The notes under the pieces are model-generated. The model worked only from the letters and a program-made list of their open reading frames with translations. It was not told where the DNA came from and did no database searches. From Nitrospirota bacterium (GTDB lineage: Bacteria > Nitrospirota > UBA9217), in the NCBI GenBank assembly GCA_037444505.1, contig JBBIMH010000016.1, positions 22,015 to 86,014 on the forward strand: a DNA stretch of 64,000 nt, read 5' to 3'. Every line of letters begins with the position of its first letter. Position 1 is the first letter of the stretch. The position numbers were made by a program, and so were the translations under genes. Positions 41,174 through 52,271 of this stretch are shown piece after piece.

Positions 41174-41233
41174 TTGTCAAAACTCCTTGACAAGCATAGG
41201 CTCGGGTGGTATAGTCTGGCCAAATTAATTAAT
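41174..41233 (+). promoter_or_regulatory. Promoter TTGACA-17 nt-TATAGT with two palindromes (candidate TetR operators)
   Basis: TTGACA at 41187-41192 and TATAGT at 41210-41215. Inverted repeat TTGTCAA (41174-80)/TTGACAA (41187-93) overlaps the -35. The perfect palindrome ATTAATTAAT at 41224-41233 lies downstream of the -10. Confidence 0.5.
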
Positions 41234-41249
41234 CGTTCGGTTAAAAATT

Positions 41250-41918
41250 ATGACGCAACCCGGAAAGGTCATCGCGCACAGGGGGCCGGGCAGGAGACCC
41301 AAGCATCGGCAGACGGAAGGCGACACGCGCGCCGCCATACTTTCCGCGGCCCGGCGTATGTTCGCCCTCAGGGGCCTCGAGGGCACCTCGATAAGAGACG
41401 TGGCCGAGGCCGCCAAGGTGAACACCGCCATGCTCTATTACTACTTCAAGGACAAGGGGGATCTCTACAGGGCTGTGTTGGCCGATTCATTCTCCGCCGT
41501 CGCCGCGATCTGGAACGATGAGATATTCAAGTCCCTCTCTTCCGCCAGGGACAGGATAAAGAGGTTCGTCGAGGGCTATATAGGATTCCACAGATCGAAC
41601 GACGACCTGCGCAGGATAATGGCCATGGAGTTCGCCAAGAGCGGCGGCAACATGACATGGATATGTGAGATGTATTTCGCTGACAACTTCGGACGTATCG
41701 TGCAGATACTGAAAGACGGGATGAGAAAGGGCGAATTGAAAAAGGCGGATCCGTTTAGGGCTGCGGCCTCTCTTATCGGCATCATCGTCCATAATTTCAT
41801 CATGCAGCCTGTCGTAGAACACGTACGCGGCAGGCGTTCGGACATGTCACCCAAGAAACTTGGGGAGTTCGTGACATCTCTCTTTTTCGATGGGCTGGCG
41901 GCCGGGGGGAGGTCATGA
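41250..41918 (+). CDS. TetR/AcrR-family transcriptional regulator
   Basis: N-terminal HTH (ILSAARRMFALRGLEGTSIRDVAEAAKVNTAMLYYYFKDK). Confidence 0.88.
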   Translation: MTQPGKVIAHRGPGRRPKHRQTEGDTRAAILSAARRMFALRGLEGTSIRDVAEAAKVNTAMLYYYFKDKGDLYRAVLADSFSAVAAIWNDEIFKSLSSARDRIKRFVEGYIGFHRSNDDLRRIMAMEFAKSGGNMTWICEMYFADNFGRIVQILKDGMRKGELKKADPFRAAASLIGIIVHNFIMQPVVEHVRGRRSDMSPKKLGEFVTSLFFDGLAAGGRS

Positions 41919-43306
41919 CGGTCATGCGGTCATATATCCGCGGCAGGGCGGATATTGCAATGAAGACGGTTTTTGGGCTCGTGCTCCGTTTTGCAATCAT
42001 CGCCGTATGCCTGCTTATTTCATCTGTCCCTTCTTCGGGCGGAGATAGGGTATATACCCTCGAGGATGCATACAGGGCGGCCCTATCTTTCAACGAGTCG
42101 GTAAAGATTTCTGAGGAGGGACTCGTGCAGGCTGAGAGCAGAGTGGAACAGGCGTTTTCCTATGTCTATCCCCGCATCACAGGCCAGGCCGGCTATACGC
42201 ATTACAACGAAGTGCTCCCACCAGACAATTCATTCGTGTTCCAGCCGCTCGAGGAGGTCAGGGCCAGGCTTGTGCTCACGCAGCCCATCTACACCGGCGG
42301 CAGGACCTTAGCAGCCTATCGGCTGGCTAAGACCCTGAGAGATGCGGGCAGGTACGGTCTCGAGTCCGTAAAACAGGAGACCATCATGAACGTCGCGGAG
42401 GCCTATTACGCGGTGCTCAGGGCGGGGCGGCTCGTCGAGGTCAGCATGGATTCACTGAGACGCATGGAGAGGCACAGGGCTGTGACGGAGCGCGAGGCAA
42501 CGACCCGCAGGACAAAGGCGAATCAGTCCGCATTGCTCAGGGCCAACACCCTCGTGAGCCAGGCCTCGATCGTATTGACACGTGCCGAAGACGAACTGAG
42601 GCTAGCCAAACGGAGGCTGTCTTTCCTCACAGGCCTGCCCGAAGACGCCGTGCTGACCGAGCCCGAGTCAGGCGCCGTACCTTCCGATGATATAGGGCTT
42701 CTGACGTCTTGGGCGCTGGAAAACAGGGGTGAATATGCCGCCGCCAGGATGAATAGGGCTGCGGCGCTCGAGAACATCACTATCGTAAAGGGCGCTCACA
42801 ATCCCCAGGCATTCCTTGAGGGCTCGATCCAGTACCTCGCCTCTGATCCCGATACAATGATGGACGGGACGAACTACTACGGCGGATTGAAGCTCCAGAT
42901 CCCGATCTTCGAAGGAGGGCTGATGAAGGCCGAGGCGGCAGAGGCCAAATCCAAGCTCCGCCAGGCCGAGCTTCAAGAGGCGCTCATCCGGCGTTCGATA
43001 GAGACAGAGGTGTATGAGGCCTGGGTGAGGCTGAAGACCACGGATTCGGTGCTCCAGGCATCACAGTCCCAATACGAAGATGCACAGAGGAATTTCCGGA
43101 ATATAGAGGCCCTCTTCTCCGAGGGGATCGCATCCAGCCTTTCGCTCATAGATGCTCAGCAGGCGCTCTTTATCGCGGAGAGGGAATATGTGAATGCGCT
43201 CTATGACAGGCGGCTTGCGGTATTGAGGCTGATGCGGAGCGTGGGGCTCCTTGGAAAAGACATGAAGGTGGATAGAGGCCCTGCGGAATATAATCCGACT
43301 CGCTGA
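41915..43306 (+). CDS. TolC-family outer-membrane efflux protein
   Basis: Signal/anchor region followed by two repeats of the TolC coiled-coil pattern (LEDAYRAAL...; the second half is WALENRGEYAAA...). ATGA overlap with tetR. An alternative start is ATG 41960. Confidence 0.85.
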   Translation: MTVMRSYIRGRADIAMKTVFGLVLRFAIIAVCLLISSVPSSGGDRVYTLEDAYRAALSFNESVKISEEGLVQAESRVEQAFSYVYPRITGQAGYTHYNEVLPPDNSFVFQPLEEVRARLVLTQPIYTGGRTLAAYRLAKTLRDAGRYGLESVKQETIMNVAEAYYAVLRAGRLVEVSMDSLRRMERHRAVTEREATTRRTKANQSALLRANTLVSQASIVLTRAEDELRLAKRRLSFLTGLPEDAVLTEPESGAVPSDDIGLLTSWALENRGEYAAARMNRAAALENITIVKGAHNPQAFLEGSIQYLASDPDTMMDGTNYYGGLKLQIPIFEGGLMKAEAAEAKSKLRQAELQEALIRRSIETEVYEAWVRLKTTDSVLQASQSQYEDAQRNFRNIEALFSEGIASSLSLIDAQQALFIAEREYVNALYDRRLAVLRLMRSVGLLGKDMKVDRGPAEYNPTR

Positions 43307-43318
43307 ATGGGGTGAATC

Positions 43319-46300
43319 ATGCGGCTTCCCGAGATCGCCATAAAGCGTCCTGTATTCATGACCATGGTCGGCCTGGCCATGATAGTATTCGGCATAGTTG
43401 CGTTGCCGAGGCTGAGCCTCGACCTCTTTCCGAGAGTGGACTTTCCGATGATCACCATCACCACCAAGCTCGTGGGCGCGAGCCCTGAGATCATGGAGGT
43501 GGATGTGACGGATGTGATCGAGGAGGCGGTCAATACGATAAACGGTGTGAAGTCCATCACCTCCTCGAGCATGGAGGAATACTCCGTCGTGAGGGTGGAG
43601 TTCCACCTCGAGCGCAATGTCGAACAGGCGGCGCAGGACGTAAGGGACAAAGTCGCAGCCGTGAGGAACAGGCTGCCGAGAGATACGGAGCCGCCGGTGA
43701 TAGAAAAGATAAGCCCGGAGGACCAGCCCATCGTCTGGATCGCAGTATGGGGCGAGCGCGACATCAGGGAGCTTACTCTCTATGCGGACAAGGTGCTCAA
43801 GAGGGATATAGAAAAGATTCCGGGCGTCGGCTCCGTGACCATCAGCGGCGGACGGGACAGAGAAATACGCATATGGCTCGATAGGAAGAAGATGGAGGCG
43901 GCGGCCTTGACAGCGGAGGACGTCAAGCACGCCTTGGGCGTCGAGCATAAGGAGGTTCCGGGCGGCAGGATAGAAAACGATCGCATAGAATATATCGTAA
44001 AGACCAAAGGAGAGTTCGAGACCCCCACCGCTTTCAATGACATGGTCGTGTCGTATAGGCACGGCAGGCTCATAAAACTGAAGGACATCGGCTATGCCGA
44101 AGACGGGCTCGAGGAGCAGAGGTCCATTACGAGGTTCAACGGCAAGACCGCGGTCGGCCTTGCAGTGAAACGCCAGACAGGCGAGAACACCGTGGCGGTG
44201 GCGGAGCGCGTGAAGGCCGCGGTCGCCGGGATGAAGACGCCTGAGGGCATAAGGCTCGATATCACATTCGATCAATCGAGATATATCAGACGGGCCATAG
44301 AAGATGTGGAGGTGGCGCTCGTATTCGGCGGTATCCTTGCGATCCTCATCATCTTCATGTTTTTGAGGAGCGTCAGGAGCACGCTCATCAGCGCGGTTGC
44401 GCTCCCTACCTCGGTCATTGCCACATTCGCCGTAATACATGCATTCGGGTTCACCCTGAACATGATGACCATGCTCGGGCTGTCGCTCTCAATAGGCATA
44501 TTGATTGACGACGCCATCGTCGTGCTCGAGAATATCTACCGCAGGATGGAAGAGGGCGAGGAGCCGATGCAGGCGGCGAGAGAAGGGGCGTCGGAAATAG
44601 GTTTGGCCGTGATGGCCACGACCTTTTCCATAGTGGCGGTATTCGTGCCTGTGGCCTTCATGAAGGGAATCGTGGGAAAGTTCTTCTATGAGTTCGGCAT
44701 CACCGTGACCGTGGCCGTGCTCATATCCCTGTTCGTGTCTCTCACTCTCACTCCGATGATGACATCCCGTTTCCTCTACTATCGCAAAAAGCACGGCAGG
44801 CTCTACATGATCCTCGAGGGTTGGTTCGAGAAGATATATGACCTTTATCGCCCTGTGCTCGCCTGGGCGTTGAAGAACAGGGGAAAGGTGGTCGCCATGG
44901 CAGGGCTGAGCATAGCCGCCGGCGTCGCTATTTTCGGCCTTCTCGGCAAGGAGTTCCTCCCCTCGGAGGACCAAGGCAGATACCTCGTGAGGCTCGAGAC
45001 GCCGATTGACTATTCCCTGACGCGTGCGGATGCCGCCATGATGTCCATAGACGAGACGATACGCAGGAGGTCGGAGGTATCCGGCACATTCTATGTCACG
45101 GGCTCCGACTTCGCAGAGGACGTGAACAAGAGCAGGATATATGTGAATCTCAAGGAGCGCAAGGAGCGAAGCATCATCCAGGTAGACTCCATGAAGCAGG
45201 TGAGGGACTCCATTGCGGAATTCAAGGGCATCAAGTCATCCGTAGAGCTCATCTCCATGGCGGGAGGGGGGCTTAGATCGGTTCCCATCCAGCTCATGAT
45301 ACAGGGGAGGGATATCGATGATCTATACAAGCGCACCCTCGCCATCAAGGAGGAGTTTGCATCTGTTCCGGGTGTAGTAGATGTCGATACGTCTATAGAG
45401 ATCGGCAAGCCAGAGGTGCGGGTGAAGATAGACAGGGAGGCCGCGGCCAATCTCGGGGTGACGGCGGCCGCCATAGGCGGGACCATAAACACCATGATAG
45501 GCGGTGAGAAGATAGGCAAGTACAAGGACGATAAAGAGGGCGAGCGCTATGACATCACCGCCCGATTGATCCCGGCTTACAGAGAGAGGCCCTCCGACAT
45601 ACCGCCGCTCTGGGTGCGCTCGGTCACGGGAGAGCTGGTCTACCTCGGTGATGTGACGCGTATAGAGACAGGGACAGGGCCGAGCGTGATACAGCACTAC
45701 AATCGTCAGAGGGCGACTACGCTCTTTGCAGGCACGGAAAAGACCAAGCCTATGGCGGAGGCCATGAATGATCTGAATCAAATCGTAAACAAGCATCTTA
45801 CCAAGGAGATGTCCACACGATATGTAGGCATGGCGGATGCGATGATAGACGCATTCAAGAACATCGCCTTCGCACTGGTCATAGCGGTTATAATGGTCTA
45901 TATGATCCTGGCCTCGCAGTTCGAGAGCTTCGTTCATCCGTTTACCATCATGTTTTCGCTTCCAGTGAGCCTCATCGGAGCGATGGGGCTGCTGCTTGTC
46001 ACAGGCGAGAGGATAAACATATTCAGCCTTATCGGTGTCATCATGCTGATGGGTCTCGTGACCAAGAACGCCATCCTGCTTGTCGATTATACGATTACGC
46101 TCAGACACAGGGGCATGGGCCGTAACGAGGCGCTTCTGAAGGCAGGACCCGTGAGGCTGAGGCCGATACTGATGACGACCGCTGCAATGGTCTTCGGTAT
46201 GTTGCCCACAGCTCTCAAGATAGGAGAGGGCGCCGAGCTCAGGGCGCCTATGGCCATAGCTGTGATAGGCGGGCTCGTCACCTCGACATTGCTCACGCTC

Positions 46301-46402
46301 GTCGTCGTGCCTGTGGTCTATACCCTGGTGGACGACCTGGAAAACTTTTTCAAATCCAAAAAGGGCGGCGGCGACGCGGAAAGGTCGGGTGTACGAGGAT
46401 GA
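43319..46402 (+). CDS. RND multidrug efflux permease (AcrB/HAE1 family)
   Basis: 1027 aa. N-terminus [10 protein letters not shown]...[15 protein letters not shown], with a 12-TM layout and two large periplasmic loops. Confidence 0.95.
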   Translation: MRLPEIAIKRPVFMTMVGLAMIVFGIVALPRLSLDLFPRVDFPMITITTKLVGASPEIMEVDVTDVIEEAVNTINGVKSITSSSMEEYSVVRVEFHLERNVEQAAQDVRDKVAAVRNRLPRDTEPPVIEKISPEDQPIVWIAVWGERDIRELTLYADKVLKRDIEKIPGVGSVTISGGRDREIRIWLDRKKMEAAALTAEDVKHALGVEHKEVPGGRIENDRIEYIVKTKGEFETPTAFNDMVVSYRHGRLIKLKDIGYAEDGLEEQRSITRFNGKTAVGLAVKRQTGENTVAVAERVKAAVAGMKTPEGIRLDITFDQSRYIRRAIEDVEVALVFGGILAILIIFMFLRSVRSTLISAVALPTSVIATFAVIHAFGFTLNMMTMLGLSLSIGILIDDAIVVLENIYRRMEEGEEPMQAAREGASEIGLAVMATTFSIVAVFVPVAFMKGIVGKFFYEFGITVTVAVLISLFVSLTLTPMMTSRFLYYRKKHGRLYMILEGWFEKIYDLYRPVLAWALKNRGKVVAMAGLSIAAGVAIFGLLGKEFLPSEDQGRYLVRLETPIDYSLTRADAAMMSIDETIRRRSEVSGTFYVTGSDFAEDVNKSRIYVNLKERKERSIIQVDSMKQVRDSIAEFKGIKSSVELISMAGGGLRSVPIQLMIQGRDIDDLYKRTLAIKEEFASVPGVVDVDTSIEIGKPEVRVKIDREAAANLGVTAAAIGGTINTMIGGEKIGKYKDDKEGERYDITARLIPAYRERPSDIPPLWVRSVTGELVYLGDVTRIETGTGPSVIQHYNRQRATTLFAGTEKTKPMAEAMNDLNQIVNKHLTKEMSTRYVGMADAMIDAFKNIAFALVIAVIMVYMILASQFESFVHPFTIMFSLPVSLIGAMGLLLVTGERINIFSLIGVIMLMGLVTKNAILLVDYTITLRHRGMGRNEALLKAGPVRLRPILMTTAAMVFGMLPTALKIGEGAELRAPMAIAVIGGLVTSTLLTLVVVPVVYTLVDDLENFFKSKKGGGDAERSGVRG

Positions 46403-46428
46403 TATCCGATGAAGCCATATAAATAATT

Positions 46429-47262
46429 ATGCTCAGGCTGGGACATATCATATATTCCAATTGCCTTCCACCGCATTCAAGCATAATCGCCAGGAGGGGT
46501 GATCTGCCGTTCGAGATCGTAGAGGGCATCCCGACAGAGCTTAACCGTCTTCTCTATGAAGGCAGGGTGGATGTCTCGCCCTCATCATCCATAGAATACG
46601 CCGTGAACTCCGGCAGGTATCTGCTCTTTCCAGACCTTTCCATCTCCTCCCGCATGAAGGCCATGAGCATAATACTTGAGAGCAGGTTCCCTCTCTCTGA
46701 TCTTCATGGAAAGACGATCGCCCTTACCACCGCATCCGCGACATCCATCGTATTGTTGAGGATATTGCTCGAGATATGGCAGGGCATCGTGCCTCGATTC
46801 GTTTCATTCGAGCAGGGTGTGGAAGACCCTTCGGGATATTCCGATGCGATGCTCACCATCGGAGATATTGCGCTTGAGAGGGGGCGGAAGCCCGGCTATC
46901 CCCATGTATATGATCTCGGTCGGATGTGGCACGAATTCACCGGCCTTCCTTTCGTGTTCGCGCTCTGGCAGGTGAACTATAAAAAAAATATTGATAAAGA
47001 GCTGAGTGTGCTTTATGATATACTTCTCGGCTCGAAGGAGTACGGCCTGTCGCATCTTCGGGAGCTCGCCGTCTCAGGCGCGGAACAGTACGGTATCGAC
47101 TCGGAGACGCTGCACGATTACTGGAAATCTCTCAGCTACGACTTGGGAGACAGTGAGCTTAACGGCCTTATGAGCTTTTATGAACATTCCGCCGAGCTCG
47201 GTGTAATTGAAAAGGTTCCCCGTCTCAGGTTCTGGAAGAGAGGGAGGATAGAGGAGATATAG
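46429..47262 (+). CDS. mqnA: MqnA-like chorismate dehydratase (futalosine menaquinone pathway)
   Basis: LRLGHIIYSNCLP start, VDVSPSSSIEY, TSIVLLRILL, LTIGDIAL and GLPFVFALW blocks, as in MqnA/VitK2-biosynthesis proteins. Confidence 0.72.
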   Translation: MLRLGHIIYSNCLPPHSSIIARRGDLPFEIVEGIPTELNRLLYEGRVDVSPSSSIEYAVNSGRYLLFPDLSISSRMKAMSIILESRFPLSDLHGKTIALTTASATSIVLLRILLEIWQGIVPRFVSFEQGVEDPSGYSDAMLTIGDIALERGRKPGYPHVYDLGRMWHEFTGLPFVFALWQVNYKKNIDKELSVLYDILLGSKEYGLSHLRELAVSGAEQYGIDSETLHDYWKSLSYDLGDSELNGLMSFYEHSAELGVIEKVPRLRFWKRGRIEEI

Positions 47263-47266
47263 GTTT

Positions 47267-48259
47267 ATGTCCTTGTTTCATGAACACGGCGGGCATTCTC
47301 ACGATGAAGGGAGTCTGGACGAACGCCCTCTCGATCGGTCAGACGAAAGGGGCAGGACAGGCCTGCTCATGGCGCTTGTGATCACTGCTGTCATGATGAT
47401 TGCAGAGGTGATAGGCGGCCTTTTGGCGAACAGCCTCGCACTGCTTTCTGATGCAGGCCATATGCTCACGGACACGCTGGCCCTCGCCCTCTCTTTCTTT
47501 GCCATGAAATTCGCCGAGCTGCCGGCTACGGAGCGGAAGACCTTCGGTTTCTACAGGTTGGAGATCCTCGCTGCCCTCGTAAACGGCGTGGTGCTTGTGA
47601 TCGTATCTCTGTATATCGGCTACCATGCGTATCACAGGATAATAAACCCCCAGCCCGTCGAAGGCGAGCTGATGCTCGGCGTGGCCGCGCTCGGCCTCTT
47701 TGTGAATATCGCGGGCGCCATGTTCCTCATCAAACATAAGAAGACGAGCCTGAACATCAGGGGCGCATATCTCCATATAGTCGGCGATGCCCTCTCGTCG
47801 CTCGGCGTCATCGTCGGCGGCATAATCATCCTATACACCGGTTGGAATATAGTGGATCCCATCCTTAGCATCATAATCGCACTCGGCATCATCATCGGAG
47901 CGGCGGCACTCGTCATGGAATCCGTACACATACTGCTCGAGTCCGCGCCTTCTCACATCAGTGTGGCCGCCGTGGCCGCCGAGATGGAGAAGATAAAAGG
48001 CGTGCGCGAGGCATACCATGTGCACCTCTGGACCATTACATCAGGCATGTACGCAATGAGCGCGCATGTGCTCATAGATGACCAGCTCGTGAGCAAGAGC
48101 AGGGAGATCCTGGACGACATCAGAAGGCTGTTGTCCGATAGGTTCAAGATATTTCACAGCACGATCCAGCTCGAGTGCGAAAAATGCGACGCCACCTCTG
48201 CGTGTGCGCTTCCTGTAGGTGTCACGAAAAATCAGAAGGGCGGCGGTCTTAATCCTTGA
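47267..48259 (+). CDS. Cation diffusion facilitator transporter (CzcD/ZitB-like)
   Basis: His-rich N-terminus (HEHGGHSHDE), SLALLSDAGHMLTD and HIVGDALSS metal-site motifs, and a C-terminal cytoplasmic domain. Confidence 0.9.
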   Translation: MSLFHEHGGHSHDEGSLDERPLDRSDERGRTGLLMALVITAVMMIAEVIGGLLANSLALLSDAGHMLTDTLALALSFFAMKFAELPATERKTFGFYRLEILAALVNGVVLVIVSLYIGYHAYHRIINPQPVEGELMLGVAALGLFVNIAGAMFLIKHKKTSLNIRGAYLHIVGDALSSLGVIVGGIIILYTGWNIVDPILSIIIALGIIIGAAALVMESVHILLESAPSHISVAAVAAEMEKIKGVREAYHVHLWTITSGMYAMSAHVLIDDQLVSKSREILDDIRRLLSDRFKIFHSTIQLECEKCDATSACALPVGVTKNQKGGGLNP

Positions 48260-48338
48260 CAATGTCGCTTGCTTTGGTTACACTACGCTCGTACTAATTA
48301 AATTTTGTCATATCATACCGGCATCACGTCGTCGAGAT

Positions 48339-49325
48339 ATGCGATCAGTACTCGTAACCGGTGGTACCGGATTTGTTGGCAGCCATCTCGTGGAGCTGCT
48401 CATATCGAAGGGATATGATGTGACGTGCCTCGTCCGAGACCCTGATAGGCTGCGCTGGCTTCGGGGTCTCGATGTCCGCATCGTGGCCGGGGACTGCACG
48501 ATTCCGGAGTCGCTTCCAAAGGCTGTTTCCGGCGTGACGATGGTCTTTCACGCAGCAGGTCTTACGAAGGCGCTCAGGCCTCGAGAGTACTACAGGGTCA
48601 ATCATATAGGCACGCAGAATATTCTCGCTGCCTGTGCAAAGTATAATCCAGGAATCAAGAAGTTCGTTCTTGTATCGAGCCTTGCAGCCGCGGGTCCCGG
48701 TCGAGACGGGACGCCGGTCAAGGAGAGCGATCTGCCGAGACCGGTTTCGGATTATGGAATGAGCAAGCTGCTTGCAGAGAAGGAGGCGTTGAACTACAAG
48801 GATGTCCTGCCCGTGGTGATACTCAGACCGTCGGCGGTCTATGGACCGCGGGACACCGACATGTTCGAACTCTTCAGATGGGCGTCGAAGGGATTGGCGC
48901 CGATGTTTAAGGGAGGCGAGCGGTTCATAAATCCATGTTTCGTAGCCGATCTCGCTCGGGCATTGCTGCTTGCTGCAGAGAGGGAGATGAAGAGCGGTTC
49001 GGTCTATTTTGTGGCTGAAGACAGGGCATACTCATGGACCGAATTTCAGGATGAGTTGCTTAGCGCAGGCAGTGTATCCGCAAGGCGGATAGCCATACCG
49101 GCATGGGCAGGCTATCTCCTCGCGTTCGTCCAGGAGATGAAGGGTATGCTTGCAGGCAGGCCGCCGATTACTAACAGGCAGAAGGTGAGGGAGGCGCTCC
49201 AGAGGTATTGGGTCTGCGACCTGTCTAAGACGGAGAATGACCTCGGGTTTCGGGCGGCGTATCCGCTCTCCCGGGGCCTCGCCGTTACATGGCAGTGGTA
49301 TCGCGAAAAGGGGTGGATAAGATGA
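48339..49325 (+). CDS. NAD(P)-dependent epimerase/dehydratase-fold (extended SDR) reductase
   Basis: [14 protein letters not shown] Rossmann motif immediately after the ATG at 48339, plus the YGMSK catalytic YxxxK. The track start at 48219 overlaps the CDF gene and adds non-SDR sequence. Confidence 0.85.
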   Translation: MRSVLVTGGTGFVGSHLVELLISKGYDVTCLVRDPDRLRWLRGLDVRIVAGDCTIPESLPKAVSGVTMVFHAAGLTKALRPREYYRVNHIGTQNILAACAKYNPGIKKFVLVSSLAAAGPGRDGTPVKESDLPRPVSDYGMSKLLAEKEALNYKDVLPVVILRPSAVYGPRDTDMFELFRWASKGLAPMFKGGERFINPCFVADLARALLLAAEREMKSGSVYFVAEDRAYSWTEFQDELLSAGSVSARRIAIPAWAGYLLAFVQEMKGMLAGRPPITNRQKVREALQRYWVCDLSKTENDLGFRAAYPLSRGLAVTWQWYREKGWIR

Positions 49326-50557
49326 AGGCCGTCGCTGATATCGAACGAGATAAAATTATTGCTCAGGAGGGGAATCAGTTGGATTTATTTGAGAAGTGCA
49401 GGAAATACACGGCAGCCAAGGAGGTCATGGCGGCCGGCTTCTATCCGTACTTCAGGGTTGTAGAGTCGGAGCAGAACCCTGAGGTCATGGTAGCCGGCAG
49501 GAAGATGATAATGCTCGGCTCGAACAACTACTTAGGCCTAACGAGCCATCCGAAGGTGAAGGAGGCCGCGATAGAGGCGGTGAAGAAATACGGATCCGGC
49601 TGCGCAGGCTCGCGTTTTCTGAACGGCACCCTCGACATACATGTAAGGCTCGAGGAAAAGCTCGCCGCCTTCTTTAGAAAAGAGGCCGCCCTGACCTTTT
49701 CGACGGGATACCAGACCAACCTGGGCATCATATCCTCCCTGGCAGGCAAGGACGATGTGGTGATAATAGACAAGCTTGACCACGCGAGTATCATCGACGC
49801 CTGCCGCCTCTCCTTCGCCGATGTGAAGAAGTTCAAGCACAACGACATGTCGAGCCTCGAACATGTGCTGAAGGAGAGCGGCAAGAAGGGCAAGCTCGTC
49901 GTGGTGGACGGTGTGTACAGCATGGAAGGAGATATCGCTCCTCTTCCTAAGATCGTGCCTCTATGCAAGAAATACGGGGCCAGGCTGATGGTGGACGACG
50001 CCCACGGCATAGGCGTGCTCGGAAAGACCGGCAGGGGGACTGCGGAGCACTTTGGTCTCGAAAAGGAAGTGGATATCATCATGGGAACATACAGCAAGTC
50101 CATGGCATCCATCGGCGGTTTCGTCGCCGCTGACGAGGACGTGATCCATTACATGAAGCATACATCCAGGCCGCTCATCTTCTCAGCGAGCCCGCCGCCC
50201 GCTTCGGTGGCCTCCGTCATAGCCGCGCTCGACATCATTGATCAAGAACCTGAGCTCAGGGAGAGGCTGTGGCACAATACGAACAAGATGTTGAAGGCAT
50301 TTAAGCAGATGGGCTTCGACACCGGTGTGGCCGAGACGCCGATCATCCCGCTTTTGATGGGAGAGATGGACAGGGCCTTCATGATGTGGAAGATACTGAA
50401 CGAGGAGGGGGTCTTCGTGAATCCCGTTGTCCCGCCTGCAACGACCCCCGGCCGCTGCCTCATTCGCACGAGCTATATGGCGACTCATACCGAAGAGATG
50501 CTCGATCGTGTCCTCGTCATTATCGAGAGGGCTGGAAAGAAGCTCGGCGTCATATGA
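49322..50557 (+). CDS. PLP-dependent alpha-oxoamine synthase, serine palmitoyltransferase-like (commonly auto-annotated as 8-amino-7-oxononanoate synthase or KBL)
   Basis: [50 protein letters not shown] and GTYSKS (PLP Lys). From memory, these blocks match Sphingomonas SPT better than E. coli KBL or BioF. Confidence 0.8.
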   Translation: MKAVADIERDKIIAQEGNQLDLFEKCRKYTAAKEVMAAGFYPYFRVVESEQNPEVMVAGRKMIMLGSNNYLGLTSHPKVKEAAIEAVKKYGSGCAGSRFLNGTLDIHVRLEEKLAAFFRKEAALTFSTGYQTNLGIISSLAGKDDVVIIDKLDHASIIDACRLSFADVKKFKHNDMSSLEHVLKESGKKGKLVVVDGVYSMEGDIAPLPKIVPLCKKYGARLMVDDAHGIGVLGKTGRGTAEHFGLEKEVDIIMGTYSKSMASIGGFVAADEDVIHYMKHTSRPLIFSASPPPASVASVIAALDIIDQEPELRERLWHNTNKMLKAFKQMGFDTGVAETPIIPLLMGEMDRAFMMWKILNEEGVFVNPVVPPATTPGRCLIRTSYMATHTEEMLDRVLVIIERAGKKLGVI

Positions 50558-50566
50558 GGGGCGGCT

Positions 50567-51685
50567 GTGCAGATAGAGCTCGTATCTGACAAGAGGCGAT
50601 TGGATGAGTTCATCCGCCTTCCATGGAAGGTCTATCGGGATTATCCCAACTGGGTGCCGCCCCTTATCTCGGAGGTAAGATTCGTCCTCGGAAACAAGAA
50701 CCCTTTTTTCGAGCATGCGGAGGCCGCATACTTCATGGCGCGCGATGCTGGCCGCATAATCGGAAGGAACGCGGCCATCATCGATCACAATTACAACAAT
50801 TTTCAGAAGGAAAAGACGGGATTCTTCGGTTTTTTCGAATGCATGCCGAACAGGCCCGATGCAGCTGCCGCCCTGATGGATGCGGCCGCTTCCTGGCTTG
50901 CCGCCCGCGGCATGAACAGGATGCTCGGGCCTATGAACCCCTCCACCAATGATGAGTGCGGCTTCCTCCTCGATGGATTTGACATGCCTCCCATGATCAT
51001 GATGCCGTACACCCCGCCTTGCTATCTAGAATTCATGGAGCGGTGCGGCATGCGTAAGGCCAAGGACCTGTTTGCATATCTCTCTCTCATCAAAGACCAA
51101 ATTTCGAAGAGCGAAAGGCTCGAGCGCATCAATCGGGCCGTAAGGTCCAAAATACCGGGACTTGTGGTTCGGTCCGCTGATATGAATAATTTCAAATCCG
51201 AGCTCGAAAAGGTGAAGGATATCTACAACTCCGCCTGGGGCGGTAACTGGGGCTTCGTGCCCATGACGGACAAAGAGATAGAGGCCATGGCGAAGAGGCT
51301 CAAACCGTTGATCGTGCCGGAGCTCCTTATCATCGCGGAGATAAACGGCGACCCTGCCGCCTTCTTCATGGCCGTTCCGGACTACAACCAGGTGCTGTCT
51401 CGGATGGGCGGAAGGCTCTTCCCGTTCGGTTTCATGAAGTTCCTTTGGTATTCGAGGAAGATCACTGACATCAGGGTCATGACCCTCGGCGTGAAGGGAG
51501 AATACAGAAAGAAAGGCCTCGAGGGGCTTTTGTATCTCGAATCCTTTAAGGCTGCCATGAAGAAGGGGTATGTGCATGCAGAGATGTCATGGGTGCTCGA
51601 GGACAATGTGCTTATGCAGCGCGGCTGCGAGCTGATGGGCGGCAGGCTGTACAAGAAATACAGACTGTATGAAAAGGACATCTGA
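50567..51685 (+). CDS. Large GNAT-fold N-acyltransferase-like protein (372 aa)
   Basis: GTG start 10 nt after the upstream stop. The C-terminal acyl-CoA-binding-like block is VMTLGVKGEYRKKGLEGLLY. The family call is from general resemblance only. Confidence 0.55.
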   Translation: MQIELVSDKRRLDEFIRLPWKVYRDYPNWVPPLISEVRFVLGNKNPFFEHAEAAYFMARDAGRIIGRNAAIIDHNYNNFQKEKTGFFGFFECMPNRPDAAAALMDAAASWLAARGMNRMLGPMNPSTNDECGFLLDGFDMPPMIMMPYTPPCYLEFMERCGMRKAKDLFAYLSLIKDQISKSERLERINRAVRSKIPGLVVRSADMNNFKSELEKVKDIYNSAWGGNWGFVPMTDKEIEAMAKRLKPLIVPELLIIAEINGDPAAFFMAVPDYNQVLSRMGGRLFPFGFMKFLWYSRKITDIRVMTLGVKGEYRKKGLEGLLYLESFKAAMKKGYVHAEMSWVLEDNVLMQRGCELMGGRLYKKYRLYEKDI

Positions 51686-52271
51686 CCCTATGGACGGGAT
51701 CGGGAGGAAATTCTATCATGCGTTGGGAGGCGTCTGGCTCATCGCGATGTACTATGCGCTCGGAAGGGACAAGGCACTCTTGTTCTATGCCGGCCTGGCG
51801 CTCTTCGTCGCTTCTATAGAGGCTGCGAGGCTTGGCTCGCGGAGGATAAACGAATTCATCTTTAAGCATTTCAGCGGCTTCATACGGAAAAAAGAGGCGG
51901 ACAGACCCACCGGCACCCTCTGGTATGTGCTCGGCGTCGGGCTGTCTTTCTACATGTTTTCTCCAGAGTCGGCTACGGCGTCGGTATGCTTTCTGGCCTT
52001 CGGGGACGTCACTGCAACCACAATAGGACAGCGTTACGGAAAGACTAAGATAGGCAACAAGAGCCTCGAGGGCACGGCGGGATTTTTGATCGCATGCGCT
52101 CTTGCATCGCTCCTTCTCTCTCTATTGGACCTTGCGCCTCCATGGCAGGCGCTCGTTGTGGGTTCGATCGTCGCGGCTGCAGTGGAGCTTATGCCCGTTA
52201 AGGTGAACGACAATCTTTCCATTCCCGTTATTGCAGGAGGGGTCATGGAGGCAGTTCTAAGATCGCTTTGA
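51669..52271 (+). CDS. CTP-dependent lipid kinase / cytidylyltransferase-superfamily membrane protein (dolichol/phytol/DAG-kinase-like)
   Basis: About 6 TM helices and the signature FGDVTATTIGQRYGKTKIGNKSLEGTAGF. Overlaps the GNAT gene by 17 nt. Confidence 0.6.
   Translation: MKRTSDPMDGIGRKFYHALGGVWLIAMYYALGRDKALLFYAGLALFVASIEAARLGSRRINEFIFKHFSGFIRKKEADRPTGTLWYVLGVGLSFYMFSPESATASVCFLAFGDVTATTIGQRYGKTKIGNKSLEGTAGFLIACALASLLLSLLDLAPPWQALVVGSIVAAAVELMPVKVNDNLSIPVIAGGVMEAVLRSL

Noticed and set aside
48219-48338. An upstream extension of the SDR/epimerase ORF that overlaps the end of the CDF gene.
   Set aside because: The Rossmann motif [11 protein letters not shown] begins 4 residues after the ATG at 48339, the normal position for this family. 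The extension overlaps the CDF stop region.
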